The notes beneath the pieces are model-generated. The model was not told the origin of the DNA, did not search any database, and was given only the letters and a program-made list of their open reading frames with translations. From Balanoglossus misakiensis (Eukaryota; Animalia; Hemichordata), in NCBI GenBank assembly GCA_040954595.2, contig CM082577.2, forward strand, positions 15,011,903-15,075,902: a stretch of 64,000 nt of DNA. The letters run 5' to 3'. Made by a program: the position numbers and the translations under genes. Shown here piece after piece: positions 12,125 to 25,659 of this stretch. Position 1 is the stretch's first letter. The number at the start of each line of letters is the position of its first letter.

Positions 12125-12534
12125 TTAATATAGAGTATGAAGCTTCCTCCAGGGTGATCTTAGTTTTGTTCAGATTGTTGCTAAGTTTGGATATTTGCAA
12201 TGTTTAGGCAATTTCTGACATTTTTTGGTAAAACATTGTTTTCTCTTAAACCGTTTGTCAGATTGCTTTGAAATTTTGAAGGAGTGACCGAAGTAAGATG
12301 TTGATACATCCTGGGGTAATTTTTCATTAAAAATCATTTCTTTGAAACCACCTTTCAGAAAACTTTGAAATGTTGTAGATATGTTCCTCCTAGCAAGGGG
12401 TATAAATCCAAGTTATCTGTAGATATAAAATTTGGTGAAATTTGAGTTCTTTGGGAAAATTTTGCAACTTGGGGTCATAAATTGTATTGTTTAAAACAAG
12501 CTTGTCAGATTGCTTTTAACTTTAGTCAAATTCT

Positions 12535-13190
12535 TTAGGTCCCATTCGGTATATGTTTATACAATGATTGAGACCTTATGAGATCAGCTGCTGTATGTCC
12601 ATCCACATAAAAAAATTGAAAATCCCTTTGTGTATCACCTTATATTTGATAAGTAGATGCAGGCTGGTCTGTAGATGGGATTTTGTTTAAAGTTGTCAAT
12701 GACAAAATATGCAAATTTTAAATTGGTCAAAACTCAGAAACTTTTTAACTACTCAGCAAATTGGTGCCAAAATTAGTATGCACGTACCTTATGGATGACT
12801 TCATACAGTCCTGAATGTTATGAGCTAATGTCGTAAATTTCATTTTAGTGCTTTTTTGGTCCTTTCCCCATTTTATGTAAAAATAATTTATGAAAGTGAT
12901 TGGCCAATTTCTTTATAATTTAGTATGAAGCTTCTTATAGGTAATCTAAGTTGGTTTTGTTTAAAGTGTTACAAAATTTGTGTACTTGTGACTTTGGGGC
13001 AATATGTGCCATTTTTGGTCAAAATCATTTTCTCTGAAACCACTTGTCAAATTTCTTTAAAATTTGATAGGAATGTTCATGGAGGTGACCTAAGTAGGAT
13101 GTTGTAAAATGTCAGTGAAATTTTCATGTTTGTGTTCTTGAGGCAATTTTTTGCAATTTACATCAAAAATTGTATTCTTTGAAAACTACT
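12535..13190 (+). mobile_element. HINE/DINE-1/pearl-like element with internal degenerate tandem core repeats
   Basis: Head TTAGGTCCCAT...GAGACCTTATG shared with 15759 and 17786; recurring cores ttctctgaaaccacttgtca...gaaatttg...ggtgacctaag. Confidence 0.55.
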
Positions 13191-15040
13191 TCACCAGTGA
13201 TTAAGATAATAGCTTATAGCCGGTCAAAACACTTGGTTGTACTCAGCTGGCTATAAAAGTGTCGTTTTACATTGACAATCTATTGAGAAAATAAAAACTG
13301 ATTCCAAAGGATTCTTATCTTAAATTGCTTTGGCTGAAACTATTTTCATCAAAACTGCAGAAAGTTTCTAAACATAATAATCTCCCCTTCCTTCTCCTAT
13401 GGTAGTCACCCATATTGTGCCTATCACATATTTCTATGACCCCTCAATTATTTTGTTGAATGACCCATATGACCGATTGACTGTTTTGGAGAAACCAGGC
13501 CAGGCGCCCTTTGTTAACTTTAAATATTAAAATTTATATGTGACTGATGTTGGAGAAAGCTCACTTTATAAATAGCGCATCAGTTGAATACCAACACATC
13601 CCTGTTTTTCATAATGTCTATGAATGAAGTTAGCAATAAAAGATAGGCAGATAGCCAGTCATGTGTTTAAAGTACATTGAGCTGAAGGCCACAAGTTTAA
13701 GGAGTCTCACGGGGGATAGCTGTTGACCCTCTGACAGTGAACGAAAATAAGACAACACCATTGGTACACGTAAGAAGTAATGGATATTCCCCTTAATTTC
13801 AAGTTCACTAAACTGTGATAAAGCAGTAATAAAACTGGTTTCAATGTAGGAGGGTAATGTTTGAGCAAGGCACATAGAGAAGCAATACTGACAATAATGA
13901 AATGGATCCCATCCATGCATTCATCAAGGGCGATTTCTAAAGTGCTTTTTGAACAACTTGGCCTAAGGAGAGTACCCTATGGTTTCTCAATACACAAAAC
14001 AAAACAAATCAAATTTCACCCTAAAGAGTGGTAGAGATTTACTACTTTCATATTAGGAGCTGAATCTGAATCCAAAATTAGATGTGAGCCTAGGTTGTGA
14101 GTGCATAGTTACCCAGGAAATTTGATAAAATGCCTCCCATAGGTATTGGTTTTGAACTCGCTTCAGAAATAGGTATGAACATTTTGAAATTATTTTTACT
14201 GGTACATTTCAGACTGATTTCTCATTTACAGAGAAATGAACACTGGATAGAGTATTCGTCTGTAAAAAGACATATGCAACCACAAGAAGTAGCTTGAACG
14301 TAATCAGTACATTAAAAAGAAAGTGTAGGAGCTATAAACTTAGGAAGATTAGTGATTATTGTTTGTCAGAAATTTTTCAAGCACATGGAATTTTTCAAGC
14401 ACAGCAGAATAGTAGCCTTAAGTAACGAAGTGTGATGATTTAAAATGTAAAAAAACAACACCAATGTTTAGCTTTGCTGTCATCACTGTAAAGGTTATCA
14501 GATAGGGGGGTTGTTAGTCATCTCGTGTCTGTCAACACTTGTTTTCTTTTCTTAAAACACTGGTACAATTGCTTTTGGTATGCAAGTTCCTAGGGGTAAC
14601 TTAAGTGCTTTTGGTATGCAAGTTCCTAGGGGTAACTTAAGTATGTTCAAATTGTGCTGAAATTTGCATATTTGTGGCTTGGAACAAATTTTTGCTGGTT
14701 TTGGAAGAAAAAAGCTTTTCGTATTATTTTAGGTATGCATCTTCCTACAGGTGACCAGGTAATGTTTCTTCAAAATGTGGTGAAATTTGCATATTTTGGG
14801 GAAATTTTTTTCCAAACCCACATATCCTATTTCTCTCAAATTTTGTATGCATCTCTGTGAGCTTTGTGACAAATCTGCAATTTTGTATTTTTGGACAGAT
14901 GCCTTTTTATATAATCAAATCTTATCTGAATCTGTATGTCAGGTTGCCATGTCCACAGGGGTGATCTAATTTTGTTTACAATATGACCGAATCTGTAGTG
15001 TTCGAGATGATCTTCAGAATAGGTGTGTCTAATTGTTTTG

Positions 15041-15598
15041 AACTTTGGCGTAAAGGTCCCTGGGTGATCTTAGTCAACATTGTTGAAATTGTGGTGAATA
15101 TCGCATTATTATTTTTTGCCCGAGTCTGCTTGTCTGATTACTCTGAAATTTGGTGTGAAGGTTTTTAAGAGTGACCTTAGTGAAGTGTTAAATAGTATTT
15201 GTACATAGAAGTAAAATTTGTATCATTGAGGATATTTGTGGCGTTTTTGAAATTCAAGATGGCCGCCAATCTCTCTGTTAACTCTATGGAAAAATGGTAA
15301 TATAGATAATTTTATAAAAAACTTTGGCGTAAAGGTCCCTGGGTGATCTTAGTCAACATTGTTGAAATTGTGGTGAATATCGCATTATTATTTTTTGCCC
15401 GAGTCTGCTTGTCTGATTACTCTGAAATTTGGTGTGAAGGTTTTTAAGAGTGACCTTAGTGAAGTGTTAAATAGTATTTGTACATAGAAGTAAAATTTGT
15501 ATCATTGAGGATATTTGTGGCGTTTTTGAAATTCAAGATGGCCGCCAATCTCTCTGTTAATTCTATGGAAAAATGGTAATATAGATAATTTTATAAAA
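15041..15598 (+). repeat. Recent direct tandem duplication, 2 x 279 bp
   Basis: 15041-15319 and 15320-15598 are nearly identical (one substitution seen); followed by an A-run. Confidence 0.9.
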
Positions 15599-15758
15599 AA
15601 AAAAAAAAGAGACTCCCAAACTTTCATATACCAAATACAGTAATTGGAAGATTTAGATAGCTATCTTTTTTCTCAAATCTTAACTTGTAGGATTCTTTTT
15701 CAATCTCAGTCATCTGTAAAGATCATTAAGAACTGCAAACTCTATACATTAAGTCTAA

Positions 15759-16800
15759 TTAGGTCCCATTGGTATGTACCATGGGACCTTATGGGATCGG
15801 TTGCGTCTGTATGTATGTATGTATGGATGGCTGGATGTATGGATGTATGTCTGTATGTCCGTCCACACAAAAACTTGAAAACCGCTGCGCGTATGACCTC
15901 GATATTTGGTGTGTAGATGAAGGCAGGGCTGTAGATGGGAGTTTGTTCAAATGAAGTTGTCATTGCCAAAATATGCAAATTAGCTAGGAAAATGTTAAAT
16001 TGGTCAAAGCTCAAAAACTCAACAACCACTGGTCATATTGATTTGAAAATTGGTATGTATGTACCTTATGTCAACCTCATACAGTCCTGTATGTTTTGAG
16101 CTAATATTATTGATTTCCTATTTTTTATGCATTGTTTTGTATTTTTCCATGTTATTGGTAAAAAGTCTTCATTTCTGAAAGTGATGGGTTTACTTCTTTG
16201 ATATTTAATATGAAGCTTCCTAATGGTTGTCTAAGTAACCATAGTTTTGTTCAAATTATTGCAAAATTTGCATATTTATAATTTATATTTGCCATTTTTG
16301 GTCAAAATTTAGTTTTCTTTAATACCGCATGCCAGATTGCTTTGCAATTTGGTAGGCATGTTCGTAGGGGTAACCTAAGTAATATGTTGTAAAAAAATGT
16401 GATATTTTCATAAATGTGTTATCGAGGAATCTTTTGCAATTTTTGTCAAAAATAGTTTTCTCTGAAACCGCTTGTCATATTGCATTGTACTTTGGTAGCA
16501 TGTTCCTTGTAGTGATTGAAGTAAGATATTGTACAATTTTGGTGACATTTGCATATTTGTGTTTTTGCCACTTTTGAACAAATATTTTTTTGTGAAACTG
16601 CTTGTTGGATTGCTTTGAAATTTGTTTTTTTGTCTGATTGCTTTGAAATTTAGGATATAATTTCATAACACATACATGTATATGTGCAACTTTTATTCAA
16701 TTCTGATATCAGAAATATTCAATATTTAGCGAGTTTTTTTTGTAAGTTTTTGTTTTTGGTTAGCAAATCTTCTCCTAAACCAATTGTCCAGTTGTTTTGA
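15759..16800 (+). mobile_element. HINE/DINE-1/pearl-like non-autonomous element (Helentron-associated architecture)
   Basis: TT start, short IR AGGTCCCAT/ATGGGACCT, (TGTA/TGGA)n microsatellite, then degenerate tandem core repeats; right boundary approximate. Confidence 0.6.
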
Positions 16801-17265
16801 AAGTTACTGTTTACAAAGAGTTGTTACCCCCAACTTAGACATGTTTACATAACGTTAATAAGCCAGCTGTTACAGAGACCACCGGCAATTAAATTTTTAA
16901 TTACCAGTGGTAGGTCAGTGTCTGTCTGTCTGTTCCAGAGCTGACTGAAAGAAGTTGCTTCTCATATGTGTTTGTACAGACAATTTTTGGTCATTTTATT
17001 TTTCTAGCACCACTTGTAAGACTGCCATGACACATGACAGTTTATTGGGCATGTTCCTTGTTAATTTTTTTTACATTCCATATTTCTATATCGTAAGATC
17101 ATATCTGCTTGCAATGTCACCTGTAATTTTTATTCTGGTGTGTCATTGTTTCCGCATAATCCTCAAATGGGACCACAGTGTCCTTGACGCTATTTTTAGT
17201 ATTTAGTATAGTATAAAAGATATGCAGAAATATGGCCATAGACATTGCTTTTCTGTGTTGATTAA

Positions 17266-17885
17266 TTAGGGACCAATGTCTATCGAGTTGTGGCCCTATT
17301 GGTATTGTTCTGTTTTTCTTCTTTTTCTCTATTTTTTGATCGGGAAAACATGGAAAATCATTAGCTACCAGGCTCAAAATTGGAACGGTGATAGATGCCA
17401 ATAAGTAGTCATGCATTAAACTCTTGAATTTCAATTAGTCGTGTGACCTGGCTGCCATATTTGATATTCTGTAAACATTATGACTTCAAGTTCGAATTTG
17501 TTGTGTCGTATGCACGTTTTCTGCCCCTCAATGTTTGACGATAAAATTATGAGCAGTCATGTGACTTTGGCTGCCATATTGGATTTTCAAATAATCCTAA
17601 TTATTTTTGTTTTAAATCCTCTTCTCCAGAAACTGCAACTTCCAAGTCACAGGATTTGGGCTATCAAAATTCTGAAGTGAATTGTGATTGGTCAAAACTT
17701 CTGGTGGCCTTATTGTTTTTTTCTAAAAACCAATACAAATTTAATTTCCTATTTTTAGTCTAATCATTGATAGCACACAAATACTTTTAGGTACCATGTG
17801 GCATGTTTATAGATACCATGGGACCTTATGGAATCAGTTGCGTCTGTATGTATATATTGATGTATGTATGTATGTCGGTCCACAT
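17266..17885 (+). mobile_element. HINE-like repeat with a further AGGT(A)CCAT-type head at 17786
   Basis: TAGGG..CCCTA IR head; paralogy to 7393-7920; second head with (TGTA)n at 17786-17885. Confidence 0.5.
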
Positions 17886-17892
17886 CAGCTGG

Positions 17893-18113
17893 GTAACATG
17901 AATCTGGGAGTCTTTAGCATAAAACATTGATTCTAATCCATGTCTTGTAATGATATCCTCAAGGGGTGTTGTTTATAAACTGAAGAGGGCAGGTGCAAGA
18001 ACAGAGCCTTGGGGAACACCACAAATACACACATGAGCTCTTGACACCACTGACTCAACACATACTCTCATTGTTCTACTCAAATACGAACTAATCCATT
18101 TAGACACAGTACC
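17893..18113 (-). mobile_element. Degenerate non-LTR retrotransposon (L2/CR1-group) reverse transcriptase fragment
   Basis: Translates as GTVSKWISSYLSRTMRVCVESVVSRAHVCICGVPQGSVLAPALFSL*TTPLEDIITRHGLESMFYAKDSQIHV: GVPQGS motif, a decayed YADD motif and an in-frame stop. Confidence 0.9.
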
Positions 18114-18465
18114 TAATAGAACTAGAATTCTGGACTTTGTTGGACATGGATCAGTTTGGGATCAAAGTGTATCGACAAAATGTTCAGTGACCACACAGTC
18201 ACTTTTGGCCTGCTTTCCTATATCTTTTTATCCACATCAGATACAGCCTTGGTATTCCCTAGTAACCATGGGAACTGCTTGGGCCCTGCCAATGCTGTTT
18301 GCAGCTTTAATTTTTAAACAATCTCTTCTTATCAAGCTTTTCTTTATCAATGATGGTGAATTGTTGATCTAATCAATTTATTAAAATATTTTTATTCTTT
18401 TTTTTTACATTAGGTTCATTGGTAACACTGCCTCCTGAGGAAGTGTGAAATTTGTGATGATGCCA

Positions 18466-18908
18466 GAATCTAATACTGTAACGGATGGATGAACTTAAAC
18501 TTGTAACGACGCCAGATGCTAATACTGTAATGGATGGATGAACTTAATACTTGTAACGACGCCGGCACCTAATACTGTAATGGATGGATGAATTTAAACT
18601 TGTAACGACGCCGACACCTAATACTGTACTGGATGGATGAATTTAAACTTGTAACGACGCCAGATCCTTATACTGTAACGGATGGTGAACTTAAACTTGT
18701 AACGACGCCGGCACCTAATACTGTAATGGATGGATGAACTTAAACTTGTAACGACGCCAGCTCCTAATACTGTAATGGATTGTTGAACTTAAACTTGTAA
18801 CGACGCCAGCTCCTTATACTGTAACGGATGGTGAACTTAAACTTGTAACGACGCCAGCTCCTAATACTGTACTGGATGGATGAACTTAAATTTGTAACGA
18901 CGCCAGAT
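18466..18908 (+). repeat. Minisatellite, ~9 x 48-50 bp
   Basis: Unit TAATACTGTAA(T/C)GGATGGATGAACTTAAACTTGTAACGACGCC(A/G)G...; partial copy at ~19035-19075. Confidence 0.95.
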
Positions 18909-19330
18909 GATGCTACTGGAACCAAAGGGATGACTGACATCGCCATGATTTGCTGTTCCGATCAATTTATTAATAGTCATTTTTTTTCTCAGTAGGTAAA
19001 ACCATCGCTGGAGGAGGCTGGAGTATAATTAATATTTGTAACGACGCCAGATGATAAAACCGTAATGATGGGATGAATTAGAAGACTGGAGGTGAAGCTA
19101 ATATGGCCAATAAAATGCTGTGCACAAGGGTACTGTAATAATTAAAACTACAAGGGTATAATATAATTGTGTCAATGCTGGGATAGTAAATAAATACTTT
19201 AAAATATGGGTAAAGCCACGTGGTTAATTAAAAACTGTACATGTACAGAGGGTAATTACCGGTATAATATGACATGGAGTAAAAGTTAATGGTGTAAAAA
19301 TAGTGTAACACAAGGTACTGGTGGTAATCT

Positions 19331-19557
19331 TGATGGTATAAACAAGAATCTAATAAGTATAGGTTTTGTCTAAATGGGGTTAATATTGCTAGAGTGTAAT
19401 CATATACTTGGTGGTATAAACAAGAGTATAATATATATGGGTTGCGTCTAAATGGGGTTAATAATGTAGAGTGTAATTATATAGTTGGTGGTATAAACAA
19501 GAGTATGATATATATGGGATGCGTCTAAATAGGGTTAATATTACAAGGGTGTAATGA
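19331..19557 (+). repeat. Three degenerate ~77-bp tandem repeats
   Basis: GGTATAAACAAGA...GTCTAAAT(G/A)GGGTTAATA repeated three times. Confidence 0.85.
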
Positions 19558-22500
19558 TTAAGTACAATAATTATTAAAAAAATTTCCATGTATCCGTGTG
19601 ATTTTCTTGTTTGTATTTCAGCGGAATCAGCTCGTCGTGCAATGGAATTTTGTTACGCGCCCGTGTGATTTGCCGGTGGAATTTTCGCAATGTTATCCGT
19701 GATTTCATTCGTCATCGCTATTTGCTCATCAACACAAATCAGCTATCTCGTGCATCCGCGATCGTGTACTTCGCTAGTGGAATTTTCGCAACGTTATCCG
19801 TGATTTCATTCATCATCGCTATTCACTCGTCAACATGTATCTCGTGCAACAACACTACATCAGCGGTAAAAATACAAAAAATGGCAAGACAATCGGGTTA
19901 GTTTGAGCCCCTACTTTTAGCATTTGCAACAGACAATGGGGGAGAGGGCAGTGTTTCCTCATTTTATGTTTGGCTCGAGGTTTTTTCACGGTCCCTCAGG
20001 CGCGTAAAGGAAGTTAGATTATCACACAGAATGTAATTATCTTGCTTGATATCAAAAAAGGAAAAATATGGGGGAGCTTCTTACGATTTGTACCCAAGAG
20101 GCTTATGGTTTTTTACCCATAGGTAATATAAGCACATAATAATAGCCTAAAAAACTAACATTTAACTAAAGGGTAAAATCCTAAAGTTTTTGTGTGCAAC
20201 ATCAATAGAAGCTATTTTGGCACATTATTTTGGTTTGAAAGACAGATGCTATTTCTGCTCAATGTTTCTGTTTGTCTACTTGGACATATTGTTTCAAATT
20301 TGTATATGACATTTTGTTTCAAATTGGGTATATGACACCTTGATTCAAATTGGTATGCAAGATATTTTACATCAGCATTAGCCACCTAGCCACACTTAAG
20401 GTACACAGTATAGGAAAAATAATGAAATTTTGCAACCAAAAAAACAGAGGTATTCTTGGGGTGTCTTTGACATGGCGGTTCGACTCCGTCGGTACCTAAG
20501 CTTGGAAAGCAAAAACTTCATTGTTTTTCATATGTACTAAATTATAATATTCCAAATTCATATTTTTGTTTTCGTACAGTTTGTTCAATACAGAAAAAAA
20601 TGCTTTGTTTCAGTTAGGGGGCCAAAGCTTTCCCACCTTGTCTTGCCAACTTTTCACACTTCTTCAAGATGCGTCATCAGCATTAGGCAGTATTTGATCA
20701 AATTGGTCAATACAATGTAAAATTAGACTTATACAGAGAGAGAGAGAAAAACAAATCTTTATGTTTATATTCAGTATGATGTTTCCGTTGCTTTACCTCG
20801 CAAATGATAGCCTTGAGGATTTTGCTTTTCACCAGCAATGCTGTACCAACCAGGGAGAGAAAATTAACTTATGTTTTGCATGATTCAAAGCCAGAACTTC
20901 TGCACCAATTCATGCAGCAAGTCCATAGTAAGGAAGTTCAGCAATTCATGTAGCAAGTCTGAAAACGAAGTACACTGTTAGGATATTTTACCTTTTTCTG
21001 CATTTACCAGTGACCGTTATAAAAGACAAATAAAGAGATGTATTGAGTGTTCATTAAAAGTTTTCCATTATACAGTCCAATATGGACTGGTTAAACATTG
21101 ACGCAAGGTTCGACCATATAGAACTCTCAAATATGGTTTGTGTTGAGTGTTAATTAAAAGTTAGTACTGTCCACTATGGACTGGTTAAACATTGACGCAA
21201 GGGTTGACCTTATAGAACTGTCAAATATGGTTTGTGTTGCCAGTTAATAAAAAGATGGGTACAGTACACTGTGACCTGGTTAAACATTGACACAACTGTT
21301 GCCCATATAGCATTTATGGACTTGAGTGCTCATTCAAAGTTTTGTATAATACTGTCCACTATGGACTGGTTAAACATTGACGCAAGGGGTTACCGTATAG
21401 AACTCTCAAATATGGGTTGTGTTAAGTGTTAATACAAAGATGGGTACTGTACACTGTGACCTGGTTAAACATTGACACAAAAGTTGCCCATATAACATGT
21501 ATGGTGCATTGAGTGTTCATGCAAAGTTTTGAATCTACTGTCCACTATGGACTGGTTAAACATTGATTGATGCAAGGGTTGACCTTATAGAACTCTCAAA
21601 TATGGTTGTGTTGAGTGTTAATAAAAATATGGGTACTGTACACTGTGACCTGGTTAAACATTGACACAACAGTTGCCCATATAGCATTTATGGACTTGAG
21701 TGCTCATTCAAAGTTTTGTATAATACTGTCCACTATGGACTGGTTAAACATTGACGCAAGGGGTTACCGTATAGAACTCTCAAATATGGGTTGTGTTAAG
21801 TGTTAATACAAAGATGGGTACTGTACACTGTGACCTGGTTAAACATTGACACAAAAGTTGCCCATATAGCATATATGGTGTACTGAGTGTTCATGCAAAG
21901 TTTTGCATAATAATGCCACTATGGAATGGTTAAACATTGATGCAAGGGTTGACCTTATAGAACTCTCAAATATGGTTTGTGTTGAGTGTTAATAAAAAGT
22001 ACATAATGACCTGGTTAAACATTGACACAACAGTTACCCATATAGCATGTACAGTGCATTGAGTGTTCATGCAAAGTTTTGAATCTACTGTCCACTATGG
22101 ACTGGTTAAACATTGATTGATGCAAGGGTTGACCTTATAGAACTCTCAAATATGGGTTGTGTTGAGTGTTAATAAAAAGTTAAGTACTGTACACTATGAC
22201 CTGGTTAAACATTGATACAACAGTTGCCCATAGAGCATGTATGGTGTATTGAGTGCTCATTCAAAGTTTTGCATAATACAGTCCACTATGGACTGGTTAA
22301 ACATTGACGCAAGGGGTGACCGTATAGAACTCTCAAATATGGGTTGTGTTAAGTGTTAATAAAAAGATGGGTACTGTACACTGTGACCTGGTTAAACATT
22401 GACACAAAAGTTGCCCATATAGCATGTACAGTGTATTGAGTGTTCATGCTAAGTTTTGCATAATACTGTTCACTATGGACGGTTAAACATTAATGACGCA

Positions 22501-24432
22501 AGGGTTGACATTATAGAACTCTCAAATATGGGTTTTTGTTGAGTGTTAATAAAAAGATGGGCACTGTACACTGTGACCTGGTTAAACATTGACACAACAG
22601 TTGCCCATATAGCATGTATGGTGTATTGAGTGCTCATTCAAAGTTTTGTATAATACTGTCCACTATGGACTGGTTAAACATTGACGCAAGGGGTGACCGT
22701 ATAGAACTCTCAAATATGGGTTGTGTTAAGTGTTAATAAAAACATGGGTACTGTACACTGTGACCTGGTTAAACATTGACACAAAAGTTGCCCATATAGC
22801 ATGTATGGTGTATTGAGTGTTCATGCAAAGTTTTGCATAATGCTGTCCACTATGGACTGGTTAAACATTGATTGATGCAAGGGTTGACCTTATAGAACTC
22901 TCAAATATGGGTTGTGTTGAGTGTTAATAAAAAGTTAAGTACTGTACACTATGACCTGGTTAAACATTGACACAACAGTTACCCATATAGCATGTACAGT
23001 GTATTGAGTGTTCATGCAAAGTTTTGCATAATGCTGTCCACTATGGACTGATTAAACATTAATGACGCAAGGGTTGACCTTATAGAACTCTCAAATATGG
23101 TTTGTGTTGAGTGTTAATAAAAAGTACATAATAACCTGGTTAAACATTGACACAACAGTTACCCATATAGCATGTACAGTGTATTGAGTGTTCATGCAAA
23201 GTTTTGCATAATACTGTCCACTATGGACTGATTAAACATAAATGACGCAAGGGTTGACCTTATAGAACTCTCAAATATGGGTTGTGTTGAGTGTTAATAA
23301 AAAGATAGGTACTGTACACTGTGACCTGGTTAAACATTGACACAACAGTTGCCCATATAGCATGTATGGTGTATTGAGTGCTCATTCAAAGTTTTGTATA
23401 ATACTGTCCACTATGGACTGGTTAAAAATTGACGCAAGGGGTGACCGTATAGAACTCTCAAATATGGGTTGTGTTGAGTGTTAATAAAAATATGGGTACT
23501 GTACACTGTGACCTGGTTAAACATTGACACAACAGTTGCCCATATAGCATTTATGGACTTGAGTGCTCATTCAAAGTTTTGTATAAAACTGTCCACTATG
23601 GACTGGTTAAACATTGACGCAAGGGTTGACCTTATAGAACTCTAAAATATGGGTTGTGTTGAGTGTTAATAAAAAGATGGGTACTGTACACTGTGACCTG
23701 GTAAAACATTGACACAAAAGTTGCCCATATAGCATGTATGGTGTAATGAGTGTTCATGCAAAGTTTTGCATAATACTGCCACTATGGACTGATTAAACAT
23801 TAATGACGCAAGGGTTGACCTTATAGAACTCTCAAATATGGGTTGTGTTGAGTGTTAATAAAAAGATGGGTACTGTACACTGTGACCTGGTTAAACATTG
23901 ACACAACAGTTGCCCATGGAGCATGTATGGTGTATTGAGTGCTCATTCGAAGTTTTGTATAATACTGTCCACTATGGACTGGTTAAACATTGACGCAAGG
24001 GTTGACCTTATAGAACTCTCAAATATGAGTTTTTGTTGAGTGTTAATAAAAAGTACATAAATGACCTGGGTAAACATTGACACAACAGTTACCCATATAG
24101 CATGTACAGTGTATTGAGTGTTCATGCAAAGTTTTGCATAATACTGTCCACTATGGACTGGTTAAACATTGACGCAAGGGGTGACCGTATAGAACTCTCA
24201 AATATGGGTTGTGTTGAGTGTTAATAAAAAGATGGGTACTGTACACTGTGACCTGGTTAAACATTGACACAACAGTTGCCCATATAGCATGTATGGTGTA
24301 TTGAGTGCTCATTCAAAGTTTTGCATAATACTGTCCACTATGGACTGGTTAAACATTGACGCAAGGGGTGACCGTATAGAACTCTCAAATATGGGTTGTG
24401 TTGAGTGTTAATAAAAAGATTGGTACTGTACA

Positions 24433-25659
24433 TAGACTAGCCCACTAGTCGCTTGGTGATTTTTAAATCTCAATACTTTTTGTGTTTTCGGTGGTTTTTT
24501 GTCTTAATAAATAATTTCAATACTTTTTGCGAGCATGCTTGCCTTTAGCGTGTTTTTGGTAGTGAGGAGAGTTTCGAATTTGCGACTGAGCTTGTGGTTT
24601 CGGGTAGCGTCGACCAAGCGACTAGTACACCTTGCAAAATCTACAAACGCTCAGGCCGTTTGTTGACATAGTCGAGAATGATTGACAGGGGCGTGGATCC
24701 CGTGCACCAATGAGAATAGAGAGATGTGATATAACGTGAACGCGTAGAACCCACGTTCGTGTAGCTGTTCAGGTACAATGCATGAGACACGGTATGATAC
24801 GATCCGCGGTCACGAGTGACCGTGCACGATCACCCAGCTGAGAACGTAATTCGCCGTGAAAAATACAACCAAACACTTCGAAGTTGACCAAATAAATGAC
24901 ATCGATCGACGCCTATAGTCCACCGACATTTAATGAGCGACTTTGGTACCTGAAAAGTCGTAGTCAAGTACGGCGCGACCTGTGAGTGTGATGTCAACGT
25001 CTGTTTGTGTGGCACGCGCACTCTGTTATTTGAGCGTATACATCGTACACCGTGTCGCTGCACTGCAACTATAGTTTCAGCCATCGGGCGACCATAAAAA
25101 TTATAACACACCATGCAGCGAACCCTCGATCGTGATTCGTCAATACGACGTCACGTGACCTTAGTCATTTCGAACTGTTGCCTAGGGCATCAGTTCGATC
25201 GGTTTGGTATGTTATAAAACACATGATGACTGACATATTCGGGCAACACTGTATTTTTAATGACCTCGGGACTGCCAGTCACACCAAAACAGTCTGTTTT
25301 CCCTCGGGCTATGCCCTCGGGAAAACAAGACTGTTTTAGTTGTGACTAGCAGCACCCTCGGTCATCAAAATACACTGTTGCCCTCATTGTCAGTCATCAT
25401 GTGTATATTGATGACCGAATTTCACATAAAATGAGTAAAAAGAAATGTACCCGTTTGCGTTTTCGCTATGAGATACCCAAATATGATTTTCGGGTACTCG
25501 AGGTAATGCGTTGAAACTCCGCCCACTATTTAAATTAACTAATGAATATTCATAAATGACGTCAACATGAATAATTCATAGCAACCGGAAAGCAGCAAGG
25601 TGAACAAGTCTATGGGCCGACACGTTCCCTACACATCCCATAGACTTGGAGCAAGTCTA
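24433..25659. mobile_element. Non-autonomous DNA transposon with TAGACT...AGTCTA ends and 9-bp TSD (AcademH-like; hAT19/MuDR not excluded)
   Basis: TSD TACTGTACA at 24424-24432 and 25660-25668, verified against the empty satellite unit; short TIR TAGACT(A/T)GC; subterminal 12-bp stem 25605-25648. Confidence 0.8.
25214..25408. mobile_element. Nested ~195-bp palindromic MITE
   Basis: ACACATGATGACTGACA...TGTCAGTCATCATGTGT arms; pairing continues inward (aaaacagtctgttttccc / gggaaaacaagactgtttt). Confidence 0.85.

Noticed and set aside
13196-14488. Possible hAT element with CAGTGAT...ATCACTG ends, including ORF 13630-13920
   Set aside because: TIR match is only ~7 bp, there is no 8-bp TSD, and the ORF has no recognisable motif.
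18466-18946. Coding repeat (ORF 18764-18946)
   Set aside because: Unit length is 48-50 bp and shifts frame; frequent stops.
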